Source of the DNA: Candidatus Uhrbacteria bacterium
GTDB lineage: Bacteria > Patescibacteriota > Patescibacteriia > UBA9934 > GWF2-40-263
Length of the DNA stretch: 64,000 nt
Direction of reading: 5' to 3'
NCBI GenBank assembly: GCA_016844925.1
Contig: JAERTI010000036.1
Coordinates: forward strand, 11,053-75,052
Below the pieces are notes generated by a model, which worked only from the letters and a program-made list of their open reading frames with translations, was not told where the DNA came from and made no database searches. Both the position numbers and the translations under genes were made by a program. This document shows positions 10,078 to 20,617 of the stretch, piece after piece. Each line of letters opens with the position of its first letter. Position 1 is the first letter of the stretch.

Positions 10078-11040
10078 TCAGCTCATCAGCTTCATCGCGA
10101 CAAGATCTACTGCCATATCAGCTTGAACTTGCCCAGTCTTTAATTGACGATCAAATACAAACAGCTGTTCATGGACATGCCTCAAATGCTCGAGTGAAAA
10201 GCCGCGCGCTTGAGTAAGGGCCTTACTTGCAACAAACGGATGTAGCCCCATGATACTCGCGAGTTCCTGTTTATCAGCACTGGGGTTCTCATCAAGAATC
10301 GCACGAGCGCCAAGAAGTATCCGAACCTGACGCCCCAACATGGTAAGTAGGTAATGGTCATTTGCTCCGCTCCATCTCTCTTCCTGCAATAGCCGAATTG
10401 CTTGTTTTGAGTTTCGGCGCGAAATAGCATCTATCAGGTCGAAAATCTTCCCCTCGAAACTAGCATGAACCAATTTATCAACCATCCCAACTTCAATCTC
10501 TTGAGTGTCGGCAAATGCTACAAGTTTTCCAATCTCATGATCCATTTGCCACAGATCAGGGCCAACTCTCTCAATTAACGCCCTCAGTGCCCCCGAGTTT
10601 ATGCTCCCTGAACGTGCACGAACCCTCTCTGAAACCCATGCTGTGAGCTGTGCGCCTTTCAATTGAGGAAACGCGTAATGATGAACCTCCGCAGAGTCCT
10701 GAAGAGCCTTGAACAGAGGCTTCTTCTCAAGCTTTGCAGGCTCCTCCGTTTCCCAAAAAATAACAATTGAACTCTCTGGAGCATCTTTCAGGCCCTCAAC
10801 CCACACATTCATATCGGCCTTTTTTGTTGAGCCGATCAAGTCCCGAACCACAACCATTCGTTTCTGTCCCATAAATGGCATCGAGCGCGCAGATTGGATC
10901 ACCTGACCAGGGTCTAGCTTGCCACTGTACTCTGCCGTGTTCAGCCCGGTAGGATCAAACTTCTCGCCAAACGCCGCCTTCATAACTTGGACTTTCTCCT
11001 GCACGCGAAAGCTATCGTCTCCGTAAATAAATATCAGCAT
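10078..11040 (-). CDS. holA: DNA polymerase III delta subunit
   Basis: IFIYGDD start, SMPFMGQKRMVVV, EIGKL, IFDLIDAI, HPFVA motifs; convergent with rpsT. Confidence 0.9.
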   Translation of the reverse strand: MLIFIYGDDSFRVQEKVQVMKAAFGEKFDPTGLNTAEYSGKLDPGQVIQSARSMPFMGQKRMVVVRDLIGSTKKADMNVWVEGLKDAPESSIVIFWETEEPAKLEKKPLFKALQDSAEVHHYAFPQLKGAQLTAWVSERVRARSGSINSGALRALIERVGPDLWQMDHEIGKLVAFADTQEIEVGMVDKLVHASFEGKIFDLIDAISRRNSKQAIRLLQEERWSGANDHYLLTMLGRQVRILLGARAILDENPSADKQELASIMGLHPFVASKALTQARGFSLEHLRHVHEQLFVFDRQLKTGQVQADMAVDLVAMKLMS

Positions 11041-11101
11041 AACGCGATCATCTTACCCCAGCTTAAGTTCCCCAACAAAAAAAGGGGCCTCGTCTAGGTC
11101 C

Positions 11102-11749
11102 CTAGTGACTCGCAGACGTCCGTGGACGCTGCATGACATCACGAATCTTGCCACGCATCAGGCGCCTCATCGTTGCATCGATCTCTTCCCATCGCGAAAG
11201 CGGATGTGTTTCCCGCAGACCAGGAAGGGTCACAACGATTTTGTTGTCCTTGACCTCCACCGTCGCGTTGGGAGCCCCCTCAATACGAAAGCTGTGCGTT
11301 CCAGGATCCTGTTGCGCTGACGCAAGCACAATGATCCCCTTGGATGATTCGTGACAGATGATGATCTCGTCTTCGTCCGGAATTCCCCAGATCAGCTCCG
11401 GACGCTCGTGCGTCATTGCGATCACCCGATGAGCAATGATCTCGTAGGGAATCCTCGCGGGGTGCCCCAGAGCTACGACCACGTCACTGGCACCACGCGC
11501 TGCCAACTGGCAAATCCGTGACATCGTCCCGACGGACAGTGCCGCCTGGCCAACCTGACGTGCAGGACGATTGAGCCGTCGGACTTCCCACCGAACCTCT
11601 TTCTTGGTCCTGAGCTGCATCGGCACCTGCTCGAACATGCCCCTCATGACCTCAAGGACCATCGGGTGCACGGGCTCTGTGAATGGTTCGTGCAAGGAAA
11701 GTGGGCTCTCACTCGGCCTCCATCCCAGCGTGAAAATCTTGGACGACAT
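11102..11749 (-). CDS. Hypothetical protein (GC-rich orphan)
   Basis: 215-aa ORF; SD GAGGAGGT; TTGACA at 11797-11802; terminator at 11076-11103. Confidence 0.7.
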   Translation of the reverse strand: MSSKIFTLGWRPSESPLSLHEPFTEPVHPMVLEVMRGMFEQVPMQLRTKKEVRWEVRRLNRPARQVGQAALSVGTMSRICQLAARGASDVVVALGHPARIPYEIIAHRVIAMTHERPELIWGIPDEDEIIICHESSKGIIVLASAQQDPGTHSFRIEGAPNATVEVKDNKIVVTLPGLRETHPLSRWEEIDATMRRLMRGKIRDVMQRPRTSASH

Positions 11750-11845
11750 AGATACCTCCTCGCCGTGGCCTTAGATTAGAGGAATACCTAGATCAATGTC
11801 AAAAACAAAACAGAGGGATGCCACACCCCTCTGTTGCTCAATAAC

Positions 11846-14494
11846 TTATTCCAACCCTTTCATTTCTCCCCAATTTTTCCCAACTTCCACATCTACCTTT
11901 AGCGGCACATCGAACTCTGCCACACTTTCCATCATCTCCCTTAGCCCCTTAGCCACAGCATCCACCGCATCCTTGTCGCACTCCAGCACCAGTTCGTCAT
12001 GCACCTGCAAGAGCACCTTTGCGGGCCACTCACTTGTCTTGAGCCAGCCTCCCACTGCGAGCATAGCTTTCTTCATGAGATCTGAGGCCGTTCCTTGTAG
12101 CGGATGATTAACCGCCATACGCTCTGCAGCTGAAACGAGCATGGGGACACCACTTTCAATCTCAGGCACGTAGCGTCGGCGTCCAAACAATGTTTCAACA
12201 TACCCCTGCGCATGTGCCAACGCTTTCGTTTCTTCAATGAAATCGCGTACCGCTGTGTGGATCTCAAAGTATTTCGCAATGAATTCCTTTGCCTCGGAAA
12301 AACTCAGCCCAGTAGAACGTGCCAGTGCCCGAGGTCCCATGCCATACATGATCCCAAAATTGATCGCCTTGGCTGCACGACGCTGATCCTTCGTCACATC
12401 CTCCTCAGCAACCTCCCACACCTCTGCGGCCGTACGTGTGTGAATATCTGCCCCCTCCCGAAATGCCTGGATGAACGGCTTGTCTTTTGCTAGCACGGCA
12501 ATGAGACGCAATTCGATCTGACTGTAATCAGCAGCGATGAGACGCTTGCCACGTGGCGCCACGAACGCCTTGCGAATTTCTCGTCCGAGCTCTGTCTTGA
12601 TGGGAATGTTTTGCAAATTCGGTTCAGAAGAAGACAGGCGCCCCGTTGCCGCCACTGCCTGGTTGTACGTCGTGTGTACGCGCCCATCGCTCGCCACCAA
12701 CTTTGGCAGCGCCTCCACATACGTCGATTGCAACTTAGCCAACTCACGATACTTTGCGATCAACGGCACGATCTCATGCTCATCCCACAACTTCTCGAGC
12801 TCACTAGCCGCCGTAGAATATCCTGTCTTTGTTTTCTTAATTCCTTTTGTCGGCAACTCCAACTTCTCGAAAAAAATGACTGCTAACTGTGAAGGTGAAT
12901 TCAAATTGAACTCTTCTCCCGCAAGCTTTGTCACCTTCTTAATGAGGGAACTAATTTGCTTCGCCAAACTTTTCTGAAATATCGCAAGAGATTCTGTGTC
13001 GAGCATGATCCCCTCAACCTCCATCTGGTAAAGCACCGGCACCAGAGGCATCTCGATCTTGTCGAATACATCTTCCTGCCCAGCCTCTTTCAGGGCCTCA
13101 CGCATCTTCTTGGCCAAACGTGGGAGCGTAGCTGCCACCTGACCCAGTCGCTGATAATCCTTTTCCTTTGCAAACGCCTGGGGGATCTCCGGCACTTTCT
13201 CTTCTAATTGTCGATGCACAACGGAAGAGAGCTCATGTGTCCGCGAACCGGCGTGAAGCAAGTAGCTGGCAATCATGACATCAAACGTCGGTGTGCTGAT
13301 CCGTTTTTCGATTTGATGCATGAGGTGTTTTGCGTCGTGTGTCACCAGGAGCCCAGCCCCCAAGAGGGTCTCAAACACCTGCTCCACGGTCTCCTTAGAC
13401 GGATTCACCAGCACACTCGTTCGGCTCCCATCTGAGATAGCTAAAGCGGCCATGGTCGCGCCAAATAAATCTGCAGGTTGTTCTGCGATCAGAACCCCCA
13501 CGGGGCTATCAAATTTCTTCGCTGAATAGTCTTGCCCAGATCGAACAATCTCAACATGACCAACGGGCTCGCCCTCACCATTCTCCAGTGGTGGAGGTGG
13601 AAGCTCGCGTGCACCATGAACGTCCCCGTGCTTACGCAGAAGCGTTCGAAACTCTAAATTCCGATACAAGGGCAACAGCGCCTCATAGTCAGGAGGACTC
13701 ATCTTAGCCTGAGGAAAACGGAACCCCGTCTTCACATCCCGAACAATTGTCACAAGCGTTTTAGATGTTTCGACCTCCTCCTCAAACCCGCGGAACTTCT
13801 TCGCAAACTTCTCCGGCACCTCTCCACGCTCGATAGCATCATAAATACCCTCTACGGTCTCATGAGCCTGAAGCAATGTCGTAGCCGTCTTGTCTCCTAC
13901 TCCCTTGAGCCCAGGAATATTATCGCTCGAGTCTCCACGGAGCGCCTTATAATCGATTACCTGCTCCGGTGTAAGACCATACCGCTCGTGCACGGCCTCC
14001 CGGTCGTAAATCTTTGTCTGACTAATACCTTTTACAAAAAACACGACGTGCACGTCGTCGTCTACAAGCTGCAAGGCATCGAGATCTCCGGTCACAATCA
14101 ATGTCTTGTACCCTTTCTTGCTAGCTCTGGTGCTAAGCGTCCCGATGATGTCATCAGCCTCATATCCCTCAGCCTCAAGACAAGGAATCCCAAAGGCTTC
14201 AAGAATCTCTTTAATAATATCAATCTGATCGTACAGCTCCTGCTCCTTCTCTTCACGCCCGGCTTTATACTCCTCGTAAATCTCATTACGGAACGTCCCC
14301 CCAGGAAGATCCCACGCCACAGCCATGTAATCAGGCCGGTACGTCTCGATCATCTTTTCTGTGATCATGGCAAAGCCATAGGCGGCATTCACCACCAAAC
14401 CATCCTTGGTAGTAAGGGGAGGTAAAGCGTGCCACGCACGGTGCAACAGTGCGTTGCCGTCTAGTACTAAAAATGTAGGTTTTTTATCAGTCAT
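11846..14494 (-). CDS. polA: DNA polymerase I
   Basis: 5'-3' exonuclease motifs (LDG, EADD, GDSSDNIPG) and polymerase motifs (DYSQIELR, KAINFGIMYG, QVHDEL). Start MTDKK at 14494. Confidence 0.97.
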   Translation of the reverse strand: MTDKKPTFLVLDGNALLHRAWHALPPLTTKDGLVVNAAYGFAMITEKMIETYRPDYMAVAWDLPGGTFRNEIYEEYKAGREEKEQELYDQIDIIKEILEAFGIPCLEAEGYEADDIIGTLSTRASKKGYKTLIVTGDLDALQLVDDDVHVVFFVKGISQTKIYDREAVHERYGLTPEQVIDYKALRGDSSDNIPGLKGVGDKTATTLLQAHETVEGIYDAIERGEVPEKFAKKFRGFEEEVETSKTLVTIVRDVKTGFRFPQAKMSPPDYEALLPLYRNLEFRTLLRKHGDVHGARELPPPPLENGEGEPVGHVEIVRSGQDYSAKKFDSPVGVLIAEQPADLFGATMAALAISDGSRTSVLVNPSKETVEQVFETLLGAGLLVTHDAKHLMHQIEKRISTPTFDVMIASYLLHAGSRTHELSSVVHRQLEEKVPEIPQAFAKEKDYQRLGQVAATLPRLAKKMREALKEAGQEDVFDKIEMPLVPVLYQMEVEGIMLDTESLAIFQKSLAKQISSLIKKVTKLAGEEFNLNSPSQLAVIFFEKLELPTKGIKKTKTGYSTAASELEKLWDEHEIVPLIAKYRELAKLQSTYVEALPKLVASDGRVHTTYNQAVAATGRLSSSEPNLQNIPIKTELGREIRKAFVAPRGKRLIAADYSQIELRLIAVLAKDKPFIQAFREGADIHTRTAAEVWEVAEEDVTKDQRRAAKAINFGIMYGMGPRALARSTGLSFSEAKEFIAKYFEIHTAVRDFIEETKALAHAQGYVETLFGRRRYVPEIESGVPMLVSAAERMAVNHPLQGTASDLMKKAMLAVGGWLKTSEWPAKVLLQVHDELVLECDKDAVDAVAKGLREMMESVAEFDVPLKVDVEVGKNWGEMKGLE

Positions 14495-14586
14495 GTGAGC
14501 ACAGTGTACCGCACCGAGGGATTGACAAAAAGGGATAATTCCAACAACATCGAAACGTTCCAACACGGGAACGGAAAGGTGCTCTC

Positions 14587-14901
14587 ATGCGCTATCTGCG
14601 ATGGTACTTGCGTAGCCTCTTCACCATCTTCCTCGGGCTGTACATGGTCAGCATGCCCACCATCCTGAGCCTCAAGCTCATAGACGGTTGGCCCTGGTGG
14701 ACGCTGACGATCCTCACGGCCGCAGTCGGCCTGATCAGCGGCATTCTCGCACTCTTCGGTCTGTTCAGTGGAGAATGCATCCCCACCTCCGAGGACGATG
14801 ACTGGTTCCTCGGCACCATCGTTCACACGGGTGTACACACCTACATCGGCGCCATCATCTTGATCGGACGCTACGCCTGGATCGGACTTCAGGCCAGCTA
14901 G
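14587..14901 (+). CDS. Small membrane protein (GC-rich orphan)
   Basis: Three hydrophobic segments; SD AAAGGT; terminator AACCGCG-TA-CGCGGTT at 14907-14930. Confidence 0.7.
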   Translation: MRYLRWYLRSLFTIFLGLYMVSMPTILSLKLIDGWPWWTLTILTAAVGLISGILALFGLFSGECIPTSEDDDWFLGTIVHTGVHTYIGAIILIGRYAWIGLQAS

Positions 14902-15006
14902 CTCTCAACCGCGTACGCGGTTTTTTCTTTTATGTTACCTGAGATAAACGCATTGACACTCCCTTTATAAGCCGCTAACGTGCCTGCGCCCTCAAAGGAG
15001 AATGTC

Positions 15007-15642
15007 GTGGAATTCTTGATTACCCACCTCACAGGCGTCGAGCCCCACTCGGAGCCTCTCACCCCCGAAGCCGTAGACCAACGTCTGCAGCAAGATCGGG
15101 TGATGTGGTTCATCACCAAGAGAATCGGTGATGGGTGCCGGACGCACGTCCTGTTCCCCAGCACCGTGCCCTCCGCACTGCACGCCGAGCCGGAACAGAT
15201 GCATCCGCCCGATTACAAGAACCTGACCAAGTTGGTCCAGGCGCTCTACCCGGGAAGCCGTCACCGTCGAAGCGTTCAGGGAGGACTCCTGAAGATCGGC
15301 GCGGACGGAAGCGACTGCTGGCGTCTCTCCGCAATCACCAAGCCCGACGAGCCCTGCGCCTCGCGCTACAACGACGTCTGGGCCCTGCACCTGATGCACC
15401 AGTGCGGCCGCATGGTCTGCGTCCGCTCGCCAAACGATCCGGTGGTGGTCTGCAGCCCGGAGGGACTGCACCTGAGCCCCGGCTTCGACGAGGCCGGCAT
15501 GACGCGCTGGACCAGTGAGCAGTTCCTGCACCTGGCCTTCCAGGAGGCCGCGCGCAAGCTCGGACAACGCTTCCAGCCCGTGCCGCTGGATATCAACGAC
15601 AAGGGGAAGGTGACCAAGTACCTCCTCGTCACTCAGGGCTAA
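15007..15642 (+). CDS. Hypothetical protein (GC-rich orphan)
   Basis: GTG at 15007 after AAGGAG; promoter TTGACA-17-TAACGT; terminator CCGTGTC-TGT-GACACGG-T tract. Confidence 0.7.
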   Translation: MEFLITHLTGVEPHSEPLTPEAVDQRLQQDRVMWFITKRIGDGCRTHVLFPSTVPSALHAEPEQMHPPDYKNLTKLVQALYPGSRHRRSVQGGLLKIGADGSDCWRLSAITKPDEPCASRYNDVWALHLMHQCGRMVCVRSPNDPVVVCSPEGLHLSPGFDEAGMTRWTSEQFLHLAFQEAARKLGQRFQPVPLDINDKGKVTKYLLVTQG

Positions 15643-15669
15643 ACGCCTCCGTGTCTGTGACACGGTTTT

Positions 15670-16443
15670 TTATTTTTCTGGCTGATCAGCTTTAGACCAC
15701 ACCAAATCAAAAAGGGTCTTGTACGTCCGCGCTACATCACCCGAGGCAAGGATGATCATGGCGTTCTCTCTTCGAGTTGTAATAAATGCAACCTGATCAG
15801 CAAAGATAATAACCGTCGCTGGAAGATCAACATCCTTTGGCAGGAAACGCGACTCTCGCAACTCATTGATATCTTTCTCAACAATCTTCCGCGTGGCTCG
15901 ACTCTCAGGAATGAGTTGTTTTGAATGAATCCCTCGTTTTTTTCTTTCAGAAATAATCCGATCAACAAGGTAGGGCTCTTTTACATAATCAAGGAGCCCA
16001 ACCCCAGATGTAATCAAGCGATACTCTTTCACTTCCGACTCCAACAACTGTTTCCACAAGCGCTTAAACCCGTCCGTCCCTTCATAAAACGTCACACCCG
16101 GACCACCACGAGCCGTCTCCTGAAGGAGCTCTAGTGCTGGAACCGTTTTCTCAACCAAGCTCTCTCGCTCACGCATTTGCTCTTCTAAACGTCGCGGGGA
16201 CTCAGCGATGTACACGGTCGTCTTCTTCTCTTTACCGACACGAAACACTCCACGACGACGGAGTCGCTCCAAAATAGGGTAGAGCGTTGTGCGGGGTAGG
16301 CGTGTACGGCGTGAAAACTCCAGGACGCTCGCGCTCCCTAACTCAAGCCCTGCCAAATAAATCTTCGCCTCTTTTTTGTCGAGCCCGTAGGCCTGAAGGC
16401 CTTTCATGAGCTCGGAAGGATAGTGCATACGCATAGTAACCAT
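15670..16443 (-). CDS. TrmB-family HTH transcriptional regulator
   Basis: GLxxKEAKIYLAGLELG...LPRTTLYPILERL, FYEGxDG and C-terminal LFDLVW. Exact start uncertain (16443, 16434 or 16428). Confidence 0.85.
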   Translation of the reverse strand: MVTMRMHYPSELMKGLQAYGLDKKEAKIYLAGLELGSASVLEFSRRTRLPRTTLYPILERLRRRGVFRVGKEKKTTVYIAESPRRLEEQMRERESLVEKTVPALELLQETARGGPGVTFYEGTDGFKRLWKQLLESEVKEYRLITSGVGLLDYVKEPYLVDRIISERKKRGIHSKQLIPESRATRKIVEKDINELRESRFLPKDVDLPATVIIFADQVAFITTRRENAMIILASGDVARTYKTLFDLVWSKADQPEK

Positions 16444-16559
16444 AGGGTCTCACAGCCAGATGGGGGAGTCAAAAAGTTGTCGAAAATATCGTCAGATCTC
16501 CTGGGCAAATTTTTTTGGTCACGTAGTGTGATTATAGGTCATTCACAAAGGAGGCTCGC

Positions 16560-17270
16560 ATGAACTGCTATGTTCACGATCGTGGCCACCGCAGACAGGT
16601 TGCCGGACTCACCCCACATCTTGCCCGCACACATCGTGAAGGCACCCCTATGGATCCAGCTCTCATGTCTCCACTGGATGCGGCCACCTGCCACTGGGCC
16701 GGATGGCGCTTCGGTAAGGGAGTCAGCAGGGGAGAGACGCACGTCTTTGCCATGGCTACGGAGCTCACCTCCGGTCAGCATGCCGATATGGTCCAGGGCT
16801 TCGATCACGTCGATCCTCCACAGGGGTGCTACCACCACAGGTACCGTGTGCACGGCTTCGGTGGATTCCTGCGTTGGGTGTACTTCGCTCATCAGGGCGA
16901 TGCTGTCCTGGGCGTAGACTGGAGCCTGGCTGAGCGTGAGAACGCCGGCGTGGCCCTGTCCATGCTCGATGTGCACCGCCTTGCCGGATCGCTCATCGAT
17001 GCCGGAGCTAACCCCTCCACCACCCTTGCCCTGCTGAACCCGCAGATGTGCGAACCAGCAGAACTCGCTGCTTGGCGTCGTCACCACGGATTGAACACCT
17101 TGCGCGATTGGAGATGTGCCAGAGCCATCCTTGCCCCACACGGCATCCTTTGCGGACGTTGCGGATTGAAAACATTTGTTAGCCCCTGCGCGCGCTTCTG
17201 CGAGCAGTGCGGCGCCCCCAAACACTTGGTTGAGGAGCCCACCCATGGCTTGGAAAACGACCTCCCCTGA
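16560..17270 (+). CDS. Hypothetical protein with C-terminal zinc ribbon
   Basis: SD AGGAGG; CGRCG...ARFCEQCG. Confidence 0.7.
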   Translation: MNCYVHDRGHRRQVAGLTPHLARTHREGTPMDPALMSPLDAATCHWAGWRFGKGVSRGETHVFAMATELTSGQHADMVQGFDHVDPPQGCYHHRYRVHGFGGFLRWVYFAHQGDAVLGVDWSLAERENAGVALSMLDVHRLAGSLIDAGANPSTTLALLNPQMCEPAELAAWRRHHGLNTLRDWRCARAILAPHGILCGRCGLKTFVSPCARFCEQCGAPKHLVEEPTHGLENDLP

Positions 17271-17613
17271 CTACTGCTTTCATGCGCAGCCCTCGGGACC
17301 ACCTCCCAAGCCTGCGGACACCTACTGCTGCAAGTGCGGTAAGAAGTACGGACACTCAGCCCGCTTCTGCGCCGCTTGTGCCAGGCCGCGCGGCGAGATC
17401 TCGCTGGTCAAGAACCTCATCCCCACACAGTGTGGGGAGTGCAACAAGTCCGTGGAGTCTGACGACAACTACTGCGGCCACTGCAGGACCCCCGTCGACA
17501 AGAGTTGGAAGGAAGTTCCTGCCTGCTCCTGCGGCACTCTGCTTGAGCCCAACGCCCAGTACTGCGGTGCCTGCGGCAAGTCCGTTCCCGGCGCAAGAAA
17601 GGAAGCGTCATGA
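17245..17613 (+). CDS. Multi zinc-ribbon protein (double zinc ribbon-like)
   Basis: ATG at 17245 after GAGGAG; three CxxC-x-(F/Y)CxxC-type units. Confidence 0.75.
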   Translation: MAWKTTSPDYCFHAQPSGPPPKPADTYCCKCGKKYGHSARFCAACARPRGEISLVKNLIPTQCGECNKSVESDDNYCGHCRTPVDKSWKEVPACSCGTLLEPNAQYCGACGKSVPGARKEAS

Positions 17614-17945
17614 TCCTCGACCTGCCTGCACGTCTTCTGGTCTACGCGGCCCTGCACTTCATCGGGGACTTCCCGTTCCAGAGCACCTGGATGGTCATGG
17701 AAAAGGGTAAGAGCTGGGAGATCATGCTCTACCACTGCCTGACCTACACGGCCCCCTTTGCCCTGATGGTCCTCGTACCCTCCATGGCGGACGCAGTCAC
17801 GATGCAAGGCCTCGCCTTCGTCTGTCTGAGCCACATGGTGGTCGACACCCTCAAGGCACGCTACAAGGTGATCAAGGAAATCTGGGTCGACCAGCTCCTG
17901 CACGTCGCCACCTTCGTCTTCTGTGTCGCTGTCGGCTGGCTGTGA
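17610..17945 (+). CDS. DUF3307-family membrane protein
   Basis: HFIGDFPFQ...H..Y...H..VD..K...DQLLH; ATGA overlap with the upstream gene; terminator at 17960-17986. Confidence 0.8.
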   Translation: MILDLPARLLVYAALHFIGDFPFQSTWMVMEKGKSWEIMLYHCLTYTAPFALMVLVPSMADAVTMQGLAFVCLSHMVVDTLKARYKVIKEIWVDQLLHVATFVFCVAVGWL

Positions 17946-18099
17946 CACGCACACCCCACCCCCGATACGCATCGGGGATTTTTTTTGTGCAAAATAAATA
18001 CCCGCACTTGCTTCCGAAGAAGTGTAGTGCGGGGGAGTGGAGCCACGCGCTGGCTACACACTCAGTGCCCGACGTGCATCAGGCGGGTGTCCTGTCGGA

Positions 18100-19209
18100 C
18101 TAGGCCGCGAAGCGGTTCTCGCTCGCCGCCTCGACCATCTTGGCCACCTGCAGGCCGTAGGGCTTGTCGGTGTCCAGGTTGGTCGGGAAGAAGGACACGG
18201 CGTTCTCGCCGCCGTTGGTGTCGATCTCCTCGATCAGGCCGGCCGTGTGGCTGGCGCGGGTGATGCGGGGCAGCTCGACGTCCTCGCCCAGGTCGGCCAC
18301 CTTCACGCCGAAGGCGCTGTGGGGGATGAGCTGGATGGTGTCGTCGTCGATGCCGACGCTCACGGGGATCGCGGCGTACTCGCCGTCGTCCAGGGACAGG
18401 ATGAAGTTGTCGGTGTTGTCGACGCCCAGGGAGATCTCGGTCACGTTGCCCGGGGTCTGGAACTCGGCCCAGGCCAGCTCGTCCATCTCGCCGGAGAGGT
18501 ACTTGCTGATCTGCTCGGCGCTGACCACGTTCACCACGTTGGTGCCGTAGACGGACTCGAGCAGGAAGCGCGGGGAGTTGGCGTTGACCAGGGTGTTGTC
18601 GACGGTGTCGACGAAGTCGGAGCCGATGACCTTGTAGGACTCCGTGTCCTTGGAGATCATGCCGACCTTGGTGCGGACGCTGTCGCGGCCGATCAGGAGC
18701 AGCGTGGTCGCCTCGTTCTCGGAGCCGACGATGGTGCGGGTCTCGGAGTCGACGTACTGGTCGAAGCGCGCCTGCATGGCCCGCTCGGTCCAGCTGCCCT
18801 CGTAGTCCTGGCCCCAGACGCCGAAGTCGACGTTCTGGTCCATGGCGGTCACGGCGAAGCCGTAGCGCCAGTTCTTGCCCTTGTAGCGGCTCAGCAGCTC
18901 GGTCTTGTCGAGCGTGGCCTGGGCCTCGGTCAGGGACATGCCCTCGGGGGTGTCGACGATCGCGACGATCTGCCGCTTGTGGTCGCTGGCCTTGCTGTCC
19001 TCGCTCAGCTTGAGCGAGTTGTCGCCGTCGGCCACGATGGCCACGGGGTTCAGGCCCTGGTCCTGGATGAAGTCGGTCACGTGGTCGAACTGGCCCTCGA
19101 CGGCCAGGAGCTTGACGCCGCTCTTGTCCTCGTAGGTGTCGAGCTTGAGCGAGCCGATCTTCGGCTTCGTGGCGGCGAGGAGGGCGAGCGAGATGACGAT
19201 CCGGTTCAT
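18100..19209 (-). CDS. Secreted hypothetical protein, extreme GC3
   Basis: MNRIVISLALLAA signal-like start; SD GGAG; promoter TTGACA-17-TAGTAT; almost all codons end in G/C. Confidence 0.75.
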   Translation of the reverse strand: MNRIVISLALLAATKPKIGSLKLDTYEDKSGVKLLAVEGQFDHVTDFIQDQGLNPVAIVADGDNSLKLSEDSKASDHKRQIVAIVDTPEGMSLTEAQATLDKTELLSRYKGKNWRYGFAVTAMDQNVDFGVWGQDYEGSWTERAMQARFDQYVDSETRTIVGSENEATTLLLIGRDSVRTKVGMISKDTESYKVIGSDFVDTVDNTLVNANSPRFLLESVYGTNVVNVVSAEQISKYLSGEMDELAWAEFQTPGNVTEISLGVDNTDNFILSLDDGEYAAIPVSVGIDDDTIQLIPHSAFGVKVADLGEDVELPRITRASHTAGLIEEIDTNGGENAVSFFPTNLDTDKPYGLQVAKMVEAASENRFAA

Positions 19210-19471
19210 TGGGAGTTCTCCAGTGTCCGCAGGCGGTTTGGTTGATGCCTTTGGACGTCTCTGCACACCAGTGAACTGCACTGGCACAGTGTTGCCCGTA
19301 TTCGGGACGAACGGCGGGAATACTATAGGAACCCTCTTAGGGTGTCAAGAGATCTGCCCGGGGATAAGTATTTAGCCCTTGTTTTAGGAAAAAAATCGGT
19401 TTTTCTCAGTAAAGTGATTAAGTGCAACGTTTTTACCTCAACGATGAAAAGCGATGCTACAATAAACTTCT

Positions 19472-20554
19472 ATGAAAGACCTTCTTATCCTCCTTGGCAT
19501 CGCCGGACTGCTAGTCGCTTTATTTACCGGCGCCATTTGGGCCGGCTCACGCATGAGCCAGACTCCAGATCTAGAAACAACCCAAACTATAGAACCCGAA
19601 GGAGCACCTGAGCTCCCATACCTGGGAACCATGCCTCCTATAGAAGGTATAGACGGTTGGATTAACAGCAACCCCTTAGTCCAAGACGACTTAGCTGGAA
19701 AAGTCATCCTCATCGACTTCTGGACATACAGCTGCATCAATTGCATCCGCACCCTCCCATATATCCAGTCCTGGCAAGAGAAGTACGCAGACGACGGCCT
19801 GGTCATCCTTGGTGTCCACGCACCAGAGTTTAATTTTGAAAAAGTGTATGAAAACGTTTTGGCAGCTGCTGTGCAGTACGGCCTCACGTACCCCATTGCT
19901 CAAGACAACAACCACACCACCTGGCGGAACTTCAACAACCGGTACTGGCCCGCCAAGTATCTCTTCGACCAAGACGGCAACCTGCGCTACTACCACTTTG
20001 GCGAGGGGAGTTATGAGGAGACCGAAGCCGCCATTCAACAACTCCTCTCTGTCAAAGAAGAAATGACCGAGGAGCTGGCCGTCGATCGTTCTGGCATCAA
20101 CTCTCCCGAGACCTACTTTGGCTACTGGCGCACAGAGAACTTTGCGAGCCCTGAAGGAGTCGTCGAGGACACCCCCACCACCTATACCAACCCGCAGACC
20201 CTCCCACTCAACCATTGGTCGCTCTCAGGCGACTGGTCTATTGAATACCAACACAGCGAGGCGCAAACCTCTGGCGCACGCTTTGCCTTTCACTACAGTG
20301 CCGGCGTTGCGAACCTCGTCATGGCCACGGCAGACGGCACGCTCCAAGACATTGTCGTCTACCTAGACGGCCAAGCGGTCCCAGCAGAACTCCTGGGCGC
20401 CCACACCGTCCGTGACGAGCTCACCGGCGGCACATTCATCCAAGTAGAGTTCTCAGATCTCTACGAACTCATCGCCGGAGAGCCTGGTGAGCACCTTCTA
20501 GAGATCGAGGTCCTTGAACCAGGCCTGCAGATCTACGCGATCACTTTCGGTTGA
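19472..20554 (+). CDS. Membrane-anchored thioredoxin/redoxin (DipZ C-terminal-like)
   Basis: DFWTYSCINC, GVHAPEF, NRYWPAKY, HFGEGSY, SPETYFG and C-terminal TFG. Confidence 0.9.
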   Translation: MKDLLILLGIAGLLVALFTGAIWAGSRMSQTPDLETTQTIEPEGAPELPYLGTMPPIEGIDGWINSNPLVQDDLAGKVILIDFWTYSCINCIRTLPYIQSWQEKYADDGLVILGVHAPEFNFEKVYENVLAAAVQYGLTYPIAQDNNHTTWRNFNNRYWPAKYLFDQDGNLRYYHFGEGSYEETEAAIQQLLSVKEEMTEELAVDRSGINSPETYFGYWRTENFASPEGVVEDTPTTYTNPQTLPLNHWSLSGDWSIEYQHSEAQTSGARFAFHYSAGVANLVMATADGTLQDIVVYLDGQAVPAELLGAHTVRDELTGGTFIQVEFSDLYELIAGEPGEHLLEIEVLEPGLQIYAITFG

Positions 20555-20617
20555 CGTAGCTGCTTTTTCCCCCTAAAGTCGCCATTCGCACCTTCCAGCT
20601 GAACCCGAGGAGACTAC

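Noticed and set aside
18037-19245. 402-aa plus-strand ORF
   Set aside because: Antisense shadow caused by extreme GC3; promoter and SD support the minus-strand gene.
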